A DNA stretch of 64,000 nucleotides from Verrucomicrobiota bacterium (GCA_026398255.1 JAPLTG010000007.1:41786-105785), one strand, 5' to 3'. Positions 8,905-18,608 are shown, counted from the first letter of the stretch. Numbers and translations: made by a program. The notes: generated by a model not told the origin, from the sequence alone.

Positions 8905-10131
8905 TCAACCGCCCAAAACGACGCGGGCTGCTTCGAAGCCAGACTGAATCGCGGCTTGAATGCTCGCGCCATTTTTCCAATCCCCACACGCAAGAACGCC
9001 GTTCGGCAAGTGAGGCTTGGGTTTTGAGGCGAAGCCGGGCGGTTGGTCAGGGACAGCGTTTGGAACAAAAATGGTCTCAAGGGGAATGAGCGATTCTCGC
9101 GCATGGGGAAAAATGGCGGCGATTTCCTCTGCGGCGCCGGAGACAAGTTCGGCGCGTTCCAATCCCTCAAAATTCAAAATGGAAGCCGAGACAAGATGCC
9201 AACCGGCCGGGGCAAATTCCGGCGCGATGTTGGTGATCTGGACGAAGTGCCGAACGAGGCGGCGGGCGCCAGCGGGAAGAATCAGGCACGGGCGGTCGTA
9301 GAGGGAGATTTTGGATTTGAAATAAACAACCGCCACGCCACGCGGCGCAGGGGGCGGTGGCTGGTGGAGGAGTTGGTGAAGCCAGGATTCATCGAGCGCC
9401 AGAACGAGCCGCGAGAAAGGGAGGATTTCGCCGGACTCGAGAATCACGCGGTCGCCATCGATCGCGATAACTTTGGTATTCAGCCGGATTTTTTGCGGGG
9501 GGAGTTGCGCGGCGATGGACTCGGGGAGCGCTTGGATGCCGCCGGCGGGAATCCAAGCGCGGCCGGTGGCAAATTTTTTGAGGTAGTATCGAAAGAGCGA
9601 GGAACTGGTGGAGAGCTCGTTGTCGAGCAGCACACCGCCGAAAAATGGCTGGGCGAAGCGGGAGAGGAATTCCTCAGAAAATCCACGCCAAAGCAAAAAC
9701 TCACGGGTGGAAAGATCGTTTGCCGAAGCGCAGGCATCGAGGAGCGCACGATCCAGGGAGAGCAAAACCTCCGCTCCCAATCGCGCGAGGCGGAGTTTGT
9801 CACCGAACGACAAGGCATCGCCCGCGATGGCGACGATGGGATTTTCCAGCGGGCTGGCGAGTCGGGAGAATTTGCCGGAATGGTGAATCAAAGCGCCGGA
9901 CTCGAACCAGCGGGGCTGCAGCGCCGCAACATCCACAACCTCCCCAACCGCGCGGTAGGAACTGAGGACGACCTGAAAGCCATGATCGAGCGTGAAGCCG
10001 TCGCGGTGCGTGGTGCGTTGGCGTCCGCCAACCTGCGGCGCGGCCTCGAGCAAAAGAAAATCCCGACCGGCGCGTTGTAGCTCCAGCGCGCAGGACAACC
10101 CGGCCAAGCCTGCACCGACGACGAGAATCAT
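8905..10131 (-). CDS. NAD(P)/FAD-dependent oxidoreductase (amine oxidase / desaturase-like)
   Basis: Dinucleotide-binding N-terminus MILVVGAGLAGLSCALELQRAGRDFLLLEAAPQVGGR. Start moved to the ATG at 10131, because the listed start would overlap leuA. Confidence 0.8.
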   Translation of the reverse strand: MILVVGAGLAGLSCALELQRAGRDFLLLEAAPQVGGRQRTTHRDGFTLDHGFQVVLSSYRAVGEVVDVAALQPRWFESGALIHHSGKFSRLASPLENPIVAIAGDALSFGDKLRLARLGAEVLLSLDRALLDACASANDLSTREFLLWRGFSEEFLSRFAQPFFGGVLLDNELSTSSSLFRYYLKKFATGRAWIPAGGIQALPESIAAQLPPQKIRLNTKVIAIDGDRVILESGEILPFSRLVLALDESWLHQLLHQPPPPAPRGVAVVYFKSKISLYDRPCLILPAGARRLVRHFVQITNIAPEFAPAGWHLVSASILNFEGLERAELVSGAAEEIAAIFPHARESLIPLETIFVPNAVPDQPPGFASKPKPHLPNGVLACGDWKNGASIQAAIQSGFEAARVVLGG

Positions 10132-10135
10132 TCGG

Positions 10136-11797
10136 TCAGGCAAGAGCGCGGTTGAGGGCGCTGATGATGGCGTGGATCGAGGCGAGTTCGATGTTCGTGT
10201 CGCTGCCGACGCCGTAGAGGACGCGGTTGCCTGGGACTTTGATTTCAATGTAGCTCACCGCGCGGGCGTCGGCTCCGGCGCCGAGGGAGTGCTCGGAGTA
10301 GTTGAGGATTTCGACGCGTGGGAGTTCGGTTTTCGCGAGGCAATCAACGAACGCGGCGATCGGGCCGTTGCCAGTGCCTCGGACGGTTTGGGTTTTTCCC
10401 AAGATCTCGAGGTCGGCTTCGACCGTGACCTGCTCGGCGCGCTCGATGGCGCGGAATTCCCCGAGGTGGACGGCGCCGGAGCGGACGACGAAGGTTTTTT
10501 GGAACAACTCGAAAATCTCCTCCGGCTCGAGCTCGGTGCCTTTTTCGTCGGAGACGGTGTTTACGAGGCGGCCGAGGTTCTTTTGAAGGCCTTTGGGGAG
10601 TTGGTAGCCGAATTCCTTCTCGAGCACATAGGCGACGCCGCCTTTGCCGGATTGGGAGTTGATGCGGACGATAGCTTTGTAGCTGCGGCCGACATCGGCG
10701 GGGTCGATCGGAATGTAGAGCACATCCCATGGCTGGCCGGGGCTTTGGCGGGCCCAGGATTTTTTGATGGCGTCCTGATGCGAGCCGCTGAAGGCCGTGA
10801 ACGCAAGGTCGCCGGCGTAGGGGTGGCGCGGGTGGACCTCCATGCGGGTGCAGCGCTCGTAGATTTCGCGGATGGCGTTGAGCTTTCCAAAATCCAGACC
10901 GGGGTGGATGCCGTGTGTGTAGAGGTTCAGCGCGACAGTGACGATGTCGAGATTGCCGGTGCGCTCGCCGACGCCGAAGAGGGTCCCTTCGACGCGGTCG
11001 GCTCCGGCGAGCAGGCCGAGCTCCGTGGCGGCGGTGCCGGTTCCGCGGTCATTGTGGGTGTGGAGCGAGAGGATCGTTAGGTCGCGGCGGGTGAGGTGGC
11101 GCGACATCCACTCGATCTGGTCAGCGTGGATGTTCGGCGTGGCGTATTCGACGGTGGCGGGGAGGTTGAGGATGATCTTGTTGTCGGGCGTCGGCTGCCA
11201 GACATCGGTGACGGCCTCGCAGATTTGCAGGGCGAAATCGAGTTCCGTGCTCGTGAAGCTCTCGGGCGAGTATTCGAGCTGGATGCGCGAGCCGGAGTCC
11301 ACGTGCGGCTGCATCGATTTTTTCAAAAACGAAACGGCGTGTGTGGCGATGCCGACAATTTGCTCGCGGGTGGAGGCGAAGACATAGTCGCGCTGTTTCG
11401 GCGAGGTGGAGTTGTAGAGGTGGAAGATGATGTTCCGCGCGCCGCTGAGGGCCTCAAGCGAGCGGGTGATGAGATCCTCGCGGCACTGGCAGAGGATTTG
11501 GATCGAAACATCGGCGGGAATGCGGTCCTCCTCGATCAGGCGGCGGCAAAAATCGAACTCGATCTGCGAGGCGGAGGGGAAGCCGATTTCGATCTGCTTG
11601 AAGCCGATGCCGACGAGCATTTCGAAATACTCGAGCTTCTCCTCGACGCTCATCGGCTGCGCGAGGGCCTGGTTGCCATCACGCAAATCCACGCTGCACC
11701 AGATCGGCGCGCGGCTCAGCACGCGGCTCGGCCATTGGCGGTCAGGCAGATCGACCTGCGGAAACGGCCGGTATTTCGTGACGGGCGGTGGTTGCAT
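10136..11797 (-). CDS. leuA: 2-isopropylmalate synthase (long/LeuA2 type, 553 aa)
   Basis: Starts MQPPPVTKYRPFPQVDLPDRQWPSRVLSRAPIWCSVDLRDGNQAL, has the HTHNDRGTG motif and a C-terminal regulatory domain. Start moved to 11797. The listed 720-aa ORF has a non-homologous 167-aa extension. Confidence 0.9.
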   Translation of the reverse strand: MQPPPVTKYRPFPQVDLPDRQWPSRVLSRAPIWCSVDLRDGNQALAQPMSVEEKLEYFEMLVGIGFKQIEIGFPSASQIEFDFCRRLIEEDRIPADVSIQILCQCREDLITRSLEALSGARNIIFHLYNSTSPKQRDYVFASTREQIVGIATHAVSFLKKSMQPHVDSGSRIQLEYSPESFTSTELDFALQICEAVTDVWQPTPDNKIILNLPATVEYATPNIHADQIEWMSRHLTRRDLTILSLHTHNDRGTGTAATELGLLAGADRVEGTLFGVGERTGNLDIVTVALNLYTHGIHPGLDFGKLNAIREIYERCTRMEVHPRHPYAGDLAFTAFSGSHQDAIKKSWARQSPGQPWDVLYIPIDPADVGRSYKAIVRINSQSGKGGVAYVLEKEFGYQLPKGLQKNLGRLVNTVSDEKGTELEPEEIFELFQKTFVVRSGAVHLGEFRAIERAEQVTVEADLEILGKTQTVRGTGNGPIAAFVDCLAKTELPRVEILNYSEHSLGAGADARAVSYIEIKVPGNRVLYGVGSDTNIELASIHAIISALNRALA

Positions 11798-11908
11798 GGG
11801 CTGAAAACCTAGCACCGCCCTGCGCGACGCGCCAAGAATGGAACTGATTGGATAGAAAACTCCCCTCCCCTTTTTCAAAAGAACCTCGCCGGGCCATGGG
11901 CGATTTGA

Positions 11909-12490
11909 TTGCTTGGGTCCGTGAAGAAAATCCTTCTCGTCGAGGACAACGAAATGAACCGCGACATGCTCTCGCGCCGCCTGGCGAAGCGGGGCTACGC
12001 GGTGGTCATGGCAGTCGACGGCGCGGAGGGGGTGACCATGGCGCGTTCGGAATCGCCCGACCTTGTGCTGATGGACATGGGCCTGCCGGTGATGGACGGC
12101 TGGACCGCAACGCGCCACATCAAGGCCGACCCCGCCACGGCGCGAATTCCTGTGGTTGCCCTGACCGCCGAGACAACGGAAGGCGACCGAGAAAAATGCC
12201 TCGCGGCGGGTTGCGATGATTACGACACCAAGCCGGTCGATCTCGAGCGGTTGATCGGAAAAATCGAGGCGCTTCTCGGGGGATTGCCGCCCGCGCATGA
12301 AAAGCCATCACCCGCGAGTTTGAGCCACGATCTCCTCACCCCGCTCAACGCCATTATTGGTTATACCGAAATCCTCTCCGAGCGTCCCCAAGCCCGACCC
12401 GAGGATTTGGCCGACCTTCAAAAAATCCTTTCCGCCGCGCGGGAGCTTCACGGCCGAATCCAGAAAATTTTGGCGACCCAAGCGCCATAG
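11909..12490 (+). CDS. Response-regulator receiver domain fused to an isolated HisKA (DHp) domain, with no ATPase domain
   Basis: The receiver domain (REC) reads ILLVEDNEMNRDML...LVLMDMGLPVMDG...DYDTKPV. The C-terminal H-box reads LSHDLLTPLNAIIGYTEIL. The ORF ends about 50 aa later with no HATPase_c. Confidence 0.8.
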   Translation: MLGSVKKILLVEDNEMNRDMLSRRLAKRGYAVVMAVDGAEGVTMARSESPDLVLMDMGLPVMDGWTATRHIKADPATARIPVVALTAETTEGDREKCLAAGCDDYDTKPVDLERLIGKIEALLGGLPPAHEKPSPASLSHDLLTPLNAIIGYTEILSERPQARPEDLADLQKILSAARELHGRIQKILATQAP

Positions 12491-12562
12491 TCGGATTTGG
12501 TTTCGCTGGCATTGAGGAAATTGGATTCCATGCCGTCTCGGACGCGGCATACTCCGCGCCGC

Positions 12563-13348
12563 ATGAATCCACTTCCGCTCGTGATCGCTGGAACCGCTCT
12601 CGCCATGGCGATGATGGTGGTTGTGTGGTTTTTTGCCAAGCGGATGGATAACGCGGGGATCGTTGATATTTGGTGGTCATTCGGCTTCACGCCGGTGGCG
12701 CTTTTTTATGGAATCTTCGGCAGCGGACACATGATTCGCAACGGCCTCATCGCGGCAATGGTCTGCGCGTGGAGCCTCCGTCTCGGCATGCATCTCTACA
12801 AACGCGTGATGTCCCACCACCCGGAGGAGGACCCACGCTACGCCGATCTCCGGAAGCAATATCCCAAACGCACCTGGTTGATGTTTTTTGGATTCTTTCA
12901 GCTCCAGGGATTGCTGATCGGGTTGTTGTCTCTGCCCATCGCCCTCGCTTGCGCGAACCCTTCGCCGGGCGTCGGTTTTTTTGAAGTTGCGGGCGTCCTG
13001 CTCTGGCTCGTTGCAATCGGAGGAGAATCGATCGCCGACATGCAACTCGCACTCTTCAAGGCTCAGCCTGCATCGAAAGGCCGCGTGTGCGATTTCGGCC
13101 TGTGGAAATACTCGCGCCACCCGAACTACTTTTTCGAGTGGCTCGTCTGGATTGCGTATTTCGTCTTTGCACTCGGCTCTCCGTGGGCATGGGTCGGACT
13201 GGCGAGCCCGCTTCTGATGCTATTTTTCCTCACCCGAATGACCGGCATCCCTCCCGCCGAAGCCCGCGCCCTCGCCTCCCGCGGCGACGCCTACCGCGAC
13301 TACCAACGCCGCACCAGCGCCTTCATCCCTTGGTTTCCAAAATCATGA
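12563..13348 (+). CDS. DUF1295 family membrane protein (steroid 5-alpha-reductase/ICMT-like fold)
   Basis: Multi-TM protein with the motif GLWKYSRHPNYFFEWLVW. This family is usually encoded next to CFA synthase. Start moved to the ATG at 12563. Confidence 0.8.
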   Translation: MNPLPLVIAGTALAMAMMVVVWFFAKRMDNAGIVDIWWSFGFTPVALFYGIFGSGHMIRNGLIAAMVCAWSLRLGMHLYKRVMSHHPEEDPRYADLRKQYPKRTWLMFFGFFQLQGLLIGLLSLPIALACANPSPGVGFFEVAGVLLWLVAIGGESIADMQLALFKAQPASKGRVCDFGLWKYSRHPNYFFEWLVWIAYFVFALGSPWAWVGLASPLLMLFFLTRMTGIPPAEARALASRGDAYRDYQRRTSAFIPWFPKS

Positions 13349-13353
13349 ACTCG

Positions 13354-13378
13354 CGCAGAGGCGCAGGGACGCAGAGAG
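13354..13378 (+). repeat. Left arm of an inverted-repeat bracket (CGCAGAG-triplet type)
   Basis: CGCAGAGGCGCAGGGACGCAGAGAG. It matches the reverse complement of 13768-13793 at 22 of the first 23 positions. Confidence 0.8.
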
Positions 13379-13385
13379 TTTTGAA

Positions 13386-13799
13386 ATGAGCGAAAACGAG
13401 ATTGGGACAATTGTGATTGAGGAAGCGATCCAACTTCACCGGGAGCTTGGCCCGGGTTTGTCCGAGTCCGTTTATGAAGTCGTCCTTGCGGATTCTCTCA
13501 AAAAACGCGGCTTGGATGTGCGCAGGCAAGTGCCCGTGCCAATCCATTATCAGGGCATCAAATTCGATGAGGGATTTCGCGCCGATCTCATCGCGGAAAA
13601 CAAAGTGCTTCTCGAACTCAAATCCGTGGAGGCCGTGAATCCAGCCCATAAGAAACAGGTGCAGACCTATCTGCGGCTGACTGGATTGAAGCTCGGCTAC
13701 TTGCTCAACTTCGGTGAGGCTATTCTGAAAACCGGCATTACCCGATGTGTCAACGACCTTGAAGAATCTCCTCTGCGTCCCAGCGCCTCTGCGGGATAA
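13386..13799 (+). CDS. GxxExxY family protein (PD-(D/E)XK nuclease-like fold)
   Basis: Contains GPGLSESVYEVVL (GxxExxY), then ...FRADLIAENKVLLELKSV...YLRLTGLKLGYLLNF. The last ~10 codons are read from the right repeat arm. Confidence 0.8.
   Translation: MSENEIGTIVIEEAIQLHRELGPGLSESVYEVVLADSLKKRGLDVRRQVPVPIHYQGIKFDEGFRADLIAENKVLLELKSVEAVNPAHKKQVQTYLRLTGLKLGYLLNFGEAILKTGITRCVNDLEESPLRPSASAG
13768..13793 (-). repeat. Right arm of the inverted-repeat bracket
   Basis: CTCCTCTGCGTCCCAGCGCCTCTGCG. A near-identical arm occurs at 52231-52257. Confidence 0.8.
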
Positions 13800-13812
13800 T
13801 CCTTTTCACCAC

Positions 13813-14853
13813 ATGATCCAACTCGACGACCTCCTCGCCCGAAATCTCCTGCCCGATGCTGCCATCCGGCTTGGCATCCGAAATCTCCTCTCCAAAAAAC
13901 TCCGCGAGGAAACGCGCGAGAACGCCATTACCCAATCCGAAGCGCTGGCTGCTTTTGTGGACGAACTCAAGCGCAGCCCGATCGCCATCAAGACCGCCGC
14001 CGCGAATGAGCAGCACTACGAAGTTCCTACCGATTTCTTCAAACTCGTCCTCGGCCCCCGCATGAAATACAGCTCGGGCTACTGGCCGCGCGAGGACACG
14101 ACTTTCGCCGAATCCGAAGAGGCGATGCTCGCGCTCACCTGCGAACGCGCGGAACTCACCGACGGCCTCGACATCCTCGAGCTCGGTTGCGGCTGGGGCA
14201 GTCTCACGCTTTGGATGGCGGAGAAATTCCCCGCCGCTCGCATCACTGGCGTCTCAAATTCTTCGACCCAAAAACTCCACATCGAAGCCGAAGCCGCACG
14301 GCGTGGTTTGGGCAATGTCCGCATCGTCACGGCGGACATGAACGACTTTGAGGCCGGCGACTCGGCATTCGACCGCGTTGTCTCCGTGGAAATGTTCGAG
14401 CACATGAAAAACTACCAGCGCCTCATGGCAAAGGTCGCCCGCTGGCTCCGCCCGGGCGGCAAGCTGTTCGTGCACATCTTCACCCACCGCGAATTCGCCT
14501 ACCACTTTGAGGGCAAGGATCCCTCGGACTGGATCACACGCTATTTTTTCGACGGCGGGACGATGCCTTCCGACGACCTCCTGCTCTACTTCCAGGACGA
14601 TCTCGCGATCGAAAAACACTGGCGCGTCTCCGGCACCCATTACCAACGAACCTCCGAGGCTTGGCTGGAAAAAATGGATGCGAACGAGACGACGATCACT
14701 CCAATCCTCGAAAAAACCTATGGCGGCGAGAACACCGCCAAGTGGCGTGCCTACTGGCGCGTCTTCTTTATGTCCTGCGCGGAACTCTGGGGCTTCCGTG
14801 GTGGCAACGAATGGCTCGTGAGCCATTACCGGTTTGTGAAGCTTCGCAGCTGA
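13813..14853 (+). CDS. cfa: Cyclopropane-fatty-acyl-phospholipid synthase family SAM methyltransferase
   Basis: Contains ANEQHYEVPTDFFKLVLGPRMKYSSGYW and the SAM motif ILELGCGWGSL. Start moved to the ATG at 13813, since the upstream part of the listed ORF is repeat-derived. Confidence 0.85.
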   Translation: MIQLDDLLARNLLPDAAIRLGIRNLLSKKLREETRENAITQSEALAAFVDELKRSPIAIKTAAANEQHYEVPTDFFKLVLGPRMKYSSGYWPREDTTFAESEEAMLALTCERAELTDGLDILELGCGWGSLTLWMAEKFPAARITGVSNSSTQKLHIEAEAARRGLGNVRIVTADMNDFEAGDSAFDRVVSVEMFEHMKNYQRLMAKVARWLRPGGKLFVHIFTHREFAYHFEGKDPSDWITRYFFDGGTMPSDDLLLYFQDDLAIEKHWRVSGTHYQRTSEAWLEKMDANETTITPILEKTYGGENTAKWRAYWRVFFMSCAELWGFRGGNEWLVSHYRFVKLRS

Positions 14854-14907
14854 CTTCCGCCTTTTCTGTGATGGAGTTTTGTCAGGCCCGACACTAGTTT
14901 TTCAATC

Positions 14908-15870
14908 ATGAGCCGCCGGGGCAGAATTCTAGACCAACCTTTGCCGCGCCATCGAGACGCTTGGGCGAGATGGATTCTCCCCGCCTTGATCGCCTCGATC
15001 CTCATCCACCTCCTTCTTTGGAATTGGAGCCGCCATGTGCCTATCGACCGGATGAGCGATGCGTTCTACGACAAAATCGTCCCCCGCACTTTCAACATCG
15101 AGCGCGCCGATATCGACCCGCGTTTGCTCGAGCCCGAGCCGGAGGAAAAAAAGCCCGACCCCGTGGACTTCAAAATTCCCGAGGAGAAAATCTCCCTCGA
15201 CCGCCAGACTGCCAAGGCGCCGGATCAAAAAACCACGCCTCCCCTCGACCAGGCGATCGTGAATGAGAAGCCCCAAATCCCCGATCTTCCGAAATCCGAC
15301 GCCACCTCGCCTTCGAGCCACCTCGTTCCCGTGGACGACTCGCTCGTCAAGGATCTCACGCGTGACATGCCGTTGGTTTCAGAAACCACGACCACAGATC
15401 CGATCCTGGCCCTGCGCGCCTCAGAGGCCACACCCGGCCTGCCAGGCGGCGGAGCCGGATTTTCCAATCTCGACGAACTCCTCGCTCAGACCGGCCCGCT
15501 CACCCAGGACACAGCCCCCATCTTGCTCCCCGGCGATTTGCTTTTTGAATACGACGACCACCGCCTCCAGCCCGGCGCTTTGGCGAGCTTGGAAAAACTC
15601 GGCCAACTCCTGAAGCGCAATCCCAAGGCCCGCTTTGTCATCGAAGGCCACTCCGATTCCTTCGGCACCGACGAATACAACCTCACACTCAGCCGACTCC
15701 GCGCGGACTCCGTTCGCATCTGGCTCATCGACATGGTGGGCATTCCCGCTGAGTCGATTTCTACAATCGGCCATGGAAAATCCCGACTGGCCGTTCCCTC
15801 CACAGGCACCATTGAAGAACAGAAAATCAACCGCCGCGTGGAAATCCTGATCAAAGACGGCCCGCCATGA
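14908..15870 (+). CDS. OmpA/MotB-domain membrane protein
   Basis: N-terminal TM segment, Pro/Glu-rich linker, and a C-terminal OmpA-like domain (FEYDDHRL...FVIEGHSDSFGTDEYNLTLSRLRADSV...NRRVEIL). Confidence 0.8.
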   Translation: MSRRGRILDQPLPRHRDAWARWILPALIASILIHLLLWNWSRHVPIDRMSDAFYDKIVPRTFNIERADIDPRLLEPEPEEKKPDPVDFKIPEEKISLDRQTAKAPDQKTTPPLDQAIVNEKPQIPDLPKSDATSPSSHLVPVDDSLVKDLTRDMPLVSETTTTDPILALRASEATPGLPGGGAGFSNLDELLAQTGPLTQDTAPILLPGDLLFEYDDHRLQPGALASLEKLGQLLKRNPKARFVIEGHSDSFGTDEYNLTLSRLRADSVRIWLIDMVGIPAESISTIGHGKSRLAVPSTGTIEEQKINRRVEILIKDGPP

Positions 15871-18608
15871 GTCTCCTCACAGAGCCAAAGGCCCTTGAGG
15901 CCTCCGCCATCGAACTTTCGAAAAAAGCGCGTGCGGAAAACGGCTCTCCGATTGCCCTGTTTAAAAATTTCCTGCAAGTCGAGGAGGAGCGGCTTCGCGT
16001 GTGGCATCGCGACGGAGGTGGAGGCCGAGAAATCGCCCGTCACCGCGCCGACACGGTGGACATTTTGCTCCGCGAGCTTTTCGATGGAATCGTGAGGGAG
16101 GTCGCCGCCGCGCCTCTCGCCGGACGCCTCTGCGTGATGGCCTTCGGCGGCTACGGCCGTCGCGAACTCACCCCGATGAGCGATATCGATGTGCTTTTTC
16201 TCCAAGATAAAAGCACCCGCGACAAGGAGGCCGAGGAGATCATTCGCCGCACGGTCGTCGCCCTCTGGGACATTGGCTTCAAGGTCGGGCAAGCCACCCG
16301 CAACATCTCTGAAGCGATCGAAAAATCGAACGAGGACATGGTGACAAAAACCTCCATGCTCGAGTCGCGATACCTCGCAGGAGACCGGGAGATTTTCAAC
16401 CGCTTCAAGGAGCGTTTCCAGCGCGAGTGCATCGTCGGGCGCGAGCAGGAATACATCGGCTGGCGCCTCGCCAACCAAGGCGAGATGAGGGCCAAATACG
16501 GCCTGAGCGTTTTCATGCAGGAGCCGAATATCAAGAATGGCACCGGCAGCCTGCGCGACTACCAGAGCCTTCTGTGGATTTCCCAATTCAAACTCGGGCT
16601 GAATTCCACCGCGAAACTGGTGGAGGGCAAAATCCTCCGCGATGCCGACCGCAAGCGTCTGGATAAAAGCTACGACTTCCTCCTGCGCACCCGCGCCGAG
16701 ATGCAATATCTCAACGGCCGCTCGGCCGATCAGCTCACACTCCAGCTCCAGGGCCGCGTCGCTCAAGCCTTCGACTACCCGCAGAAAAACATCCTCCGCA
16801 AAGTCGAAGCCTTCATGCGCGATTACTACGGCCATGCTCGCACCATCTTTCTCGTCACCGAAGCCGCCCTTGGAAAAATGGAGGCGCGCTCCGCGCCAGA
16901 GCCGTCCCGCTTGATGCGTCTCCTTGGCTCCCGCCCGAAGTCCGAGAAATTCGACAGCTTCATCGCCCGCGGCGGGCAATTGATTCCGGAGTCCCGCGAG
17001 ATTTTTAACGACGATCCCTACCGACTCCTGCGCGCCTTCCAATACGCCCAAGTGCGCCAACTCGAATTCCACCCCGAGCTGATGGATCTTGTGTCGCGTC
17101 GCCTGCACCTCATCGACCGCACCTTCCAATACGCGGCCTCCGCCCGGGAGACCTTCTTTGCGATTCTTTCGCGCAAGGGCGAGGTGGGCCGCATCCTCCG
17201 CCTCATGCACAACCTCGGCGTGCTCGGTCGATACATCCCCGAATTCGGCGCGCTCGATTGCCTCGTTCAACACGAATTTTATCACCGCTACACCGCCGAC
17301 GAACACACCCTCGTTTGCATTGAAAAACTCGACTCGGTTCTTTTATCCGACCAACGCCGGCTCCAAGGCTACCGGACGATTTTCCAAAAGCTCGAGGACC
17401 CCTCCATCCTCTATCTCTCCGTCCTGCTCCACGACACCGGCAAGGCTGCGAATTCGCGTCATCACGAAGAAGCTGGCGCCTTGATCGCCCACAAGGTCGC
17501 TCGTCGTCTGCAACTCCCACCCGAGCGCCGCCGGATGCTCATCACGCTCGTCGATTCGCACTACACGCTCTCGAAGATGTCGCAGACCCGCAACCTCGAG
17601 GACCACTCAACCACCGAGGAATTCGCCCGCATTGTCGGGAACAGGAAAAACCTCGACGCGCTCATGCTCCTCACGCTCGCCGATGGCATGGGAACCAGTG
17701 ATGAAAATTGGTCGGACTGGAAAGAGGGCCTTGTCTGGACGCTCTATCGCCGCTGCGCCCGCTACCTCGAAGGCGGCGTGGATGCGATGGAGGAAACTCG
17801 CCGCAACCGCCTTCTCCAGAAAAAACTCGTTCTTGAAAAACTCGACGACTCTTTTGGGGACGAGTGCGAGGCCCATTTTCAATTCATGCCGGACCGGTAT
17901 TTCCAAATGTTCGAGCCGGAGGAAATCGCCCAGCACCTGCGCCATTTCCGCGAATTTTTCCTGAGCCGCCTCTCCAGCGACTCGCTCGCCGCCGCGCCAG
18001 CCCTGCGCTGGATTCCGAAGCCCGACAAAGGCCACACCGAAGTCTGGGTCTCCAGCTGGGACCGTCCCCGGCTCCTGGAGCGCATCGCGGGCGCGTTCGT
18101 CTCCGCCCGACTCAACATCCTTGGCGCGGATATTTTCACCCGCACTGACAGCCTGGCCCTCGACATCTTCCGGGTCTGCGGCGGGAATTTCGAGCCCGTG
18201 CCATCGCCACGCGAGATAGCCTCCATCGAAAAACGCCTCGCTGAGGCCCTCTCTGTCGAGGAATTCGATTTCACTCCGCTCATGGATAAGGACAGCCGGC
18301 TCCGGAGCTACAAGCTTTCCCAGGAGTTCGACCTCCCCACGGGCATCACGATCGATAACGATTCACACCCCGTCTACACGCTCATCGAGATTCAAACCCC
18401 CGACCGCCTTGGCCTGCTCTACGACCTGCTCCGCGCCATGAGCGGCGAGGGCGTATTGATCGAGATCTCCCGCATCACCACCGAGATGGATGTGGCGATG
18501 GATTCCTTCTATGTCTACGGCCGCGACGGCGGCAAAATCACCTCGCGCACCGCAATCAGGAATCTTCAGAAAGTCCTGCACAACGCGGCGGTGAAAACCT
18601 CCGAATGA
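15867..18608 (+). CDS. glnD: [Protein-PII] uridylyltransferase/uridylyl-removing enzyme
   Basis: 913 aa with an NTase region (AFGGYGRRELTPMSDIDVLFL), an HD domain (LLHDTGK), and two C-terminal ACT-like domains. Its start forms an ATGA overlap with the upstream gene. Confidence 0.85.
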   Translation: MSLLTEPKALEASAIELSKKARAENGSPIALFKNFLQVEEERLRVWHRDGGGGREIARHRADTVDILLRELFDGIVREVAAAPLAGRLCVMAFGGYGRRELTPMSDIDVLFLQDKSTRDKEAEEIIRRTVVALWDIGFKVGQATRNISEAIEKSNEDMVTKTSMLESRYLAGDREIFNRFKERFQRECIVGREQEYIGWRLANQGEMRAKYGLSVFMQEPNIKNGTGSLRDYQSLLWISQFKLGLNSTAKLVEGKILRDADRKRLDKSYDFLLRTRAEMQYLNGRSADQLTLQLQGRVAQAFDYPQKNILRKVEAFMRDYYGHARTIFLVTEAALGKMEARSAPEPSRLMRLLGSRPKSEKFDSFIARGGQLIPESREIFNDDPYRLLRAFQYAQVRQLEFHPELMDLVSRRLHLIDRTFQYAASARETFFAILSRKGEVGRILRLMHNLGVLGRYIPEFGALDCLVQHEFYHRYTADEHTLVCIEKLDSVLLSDQRRLQGYRTIFQKLEDPSILYLSVLLHDTGKAANSRHHEEAGALIAHKVARRLQLPPERRRMLITLVDSHYTLSKMSQTRNLEDHSTTEEFARIVGNRKNLDALMLLTLADGMGTSDENWSDWKEGLVWTLYRRCARYLEGGVDAMEETRRNRLLQKKLVLEKLDDSFGDECEAHFQFMPDRYFQMFEPEEIAQHLRHFREFFLSRLSSDSLAAAPALRWIPKPDKGHTEVWVSSWDRPRLLERIAGAFVSARLNILGADIFTRTDSLALDIFRVCGGNFEPVPSPREIASIEKRLAEALSVEEFDFTPLMDKDSRLRSYKLSQEFDLPTGITIDNDSHPVYTLIEIQTPDRLGLLYDLLRAMSGEGVLIEISRITTEMDVAMDSFYVYGRDGGKITSRTAIRNLQKVLHNAAVKTSE

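Noticed and set aside
11798-12298. 167-aa N-terminal extension of leuA in the ORF track (similar extensions on gmk, coaC, the oxidoreductase, tkt, groES, ilvN, cfa, DUF1295, the pilin and the SMR gene)
   Set aside because: Family homology begins at an internal start codon in each case, and the extensions overlap neighbouring genes or repeats. The starts were re-assigned accordingly. The ORF track also counts TTG/GTG as M.
15486-17306. 606-aa minus-strand ORF
   Set aside because: It is antisense to the clearly recognisable glnD gene. Its sequence is low-complexity Ala/Gly/Glu/Val-rich, typical of open antisense frames in GC-rich DNA.
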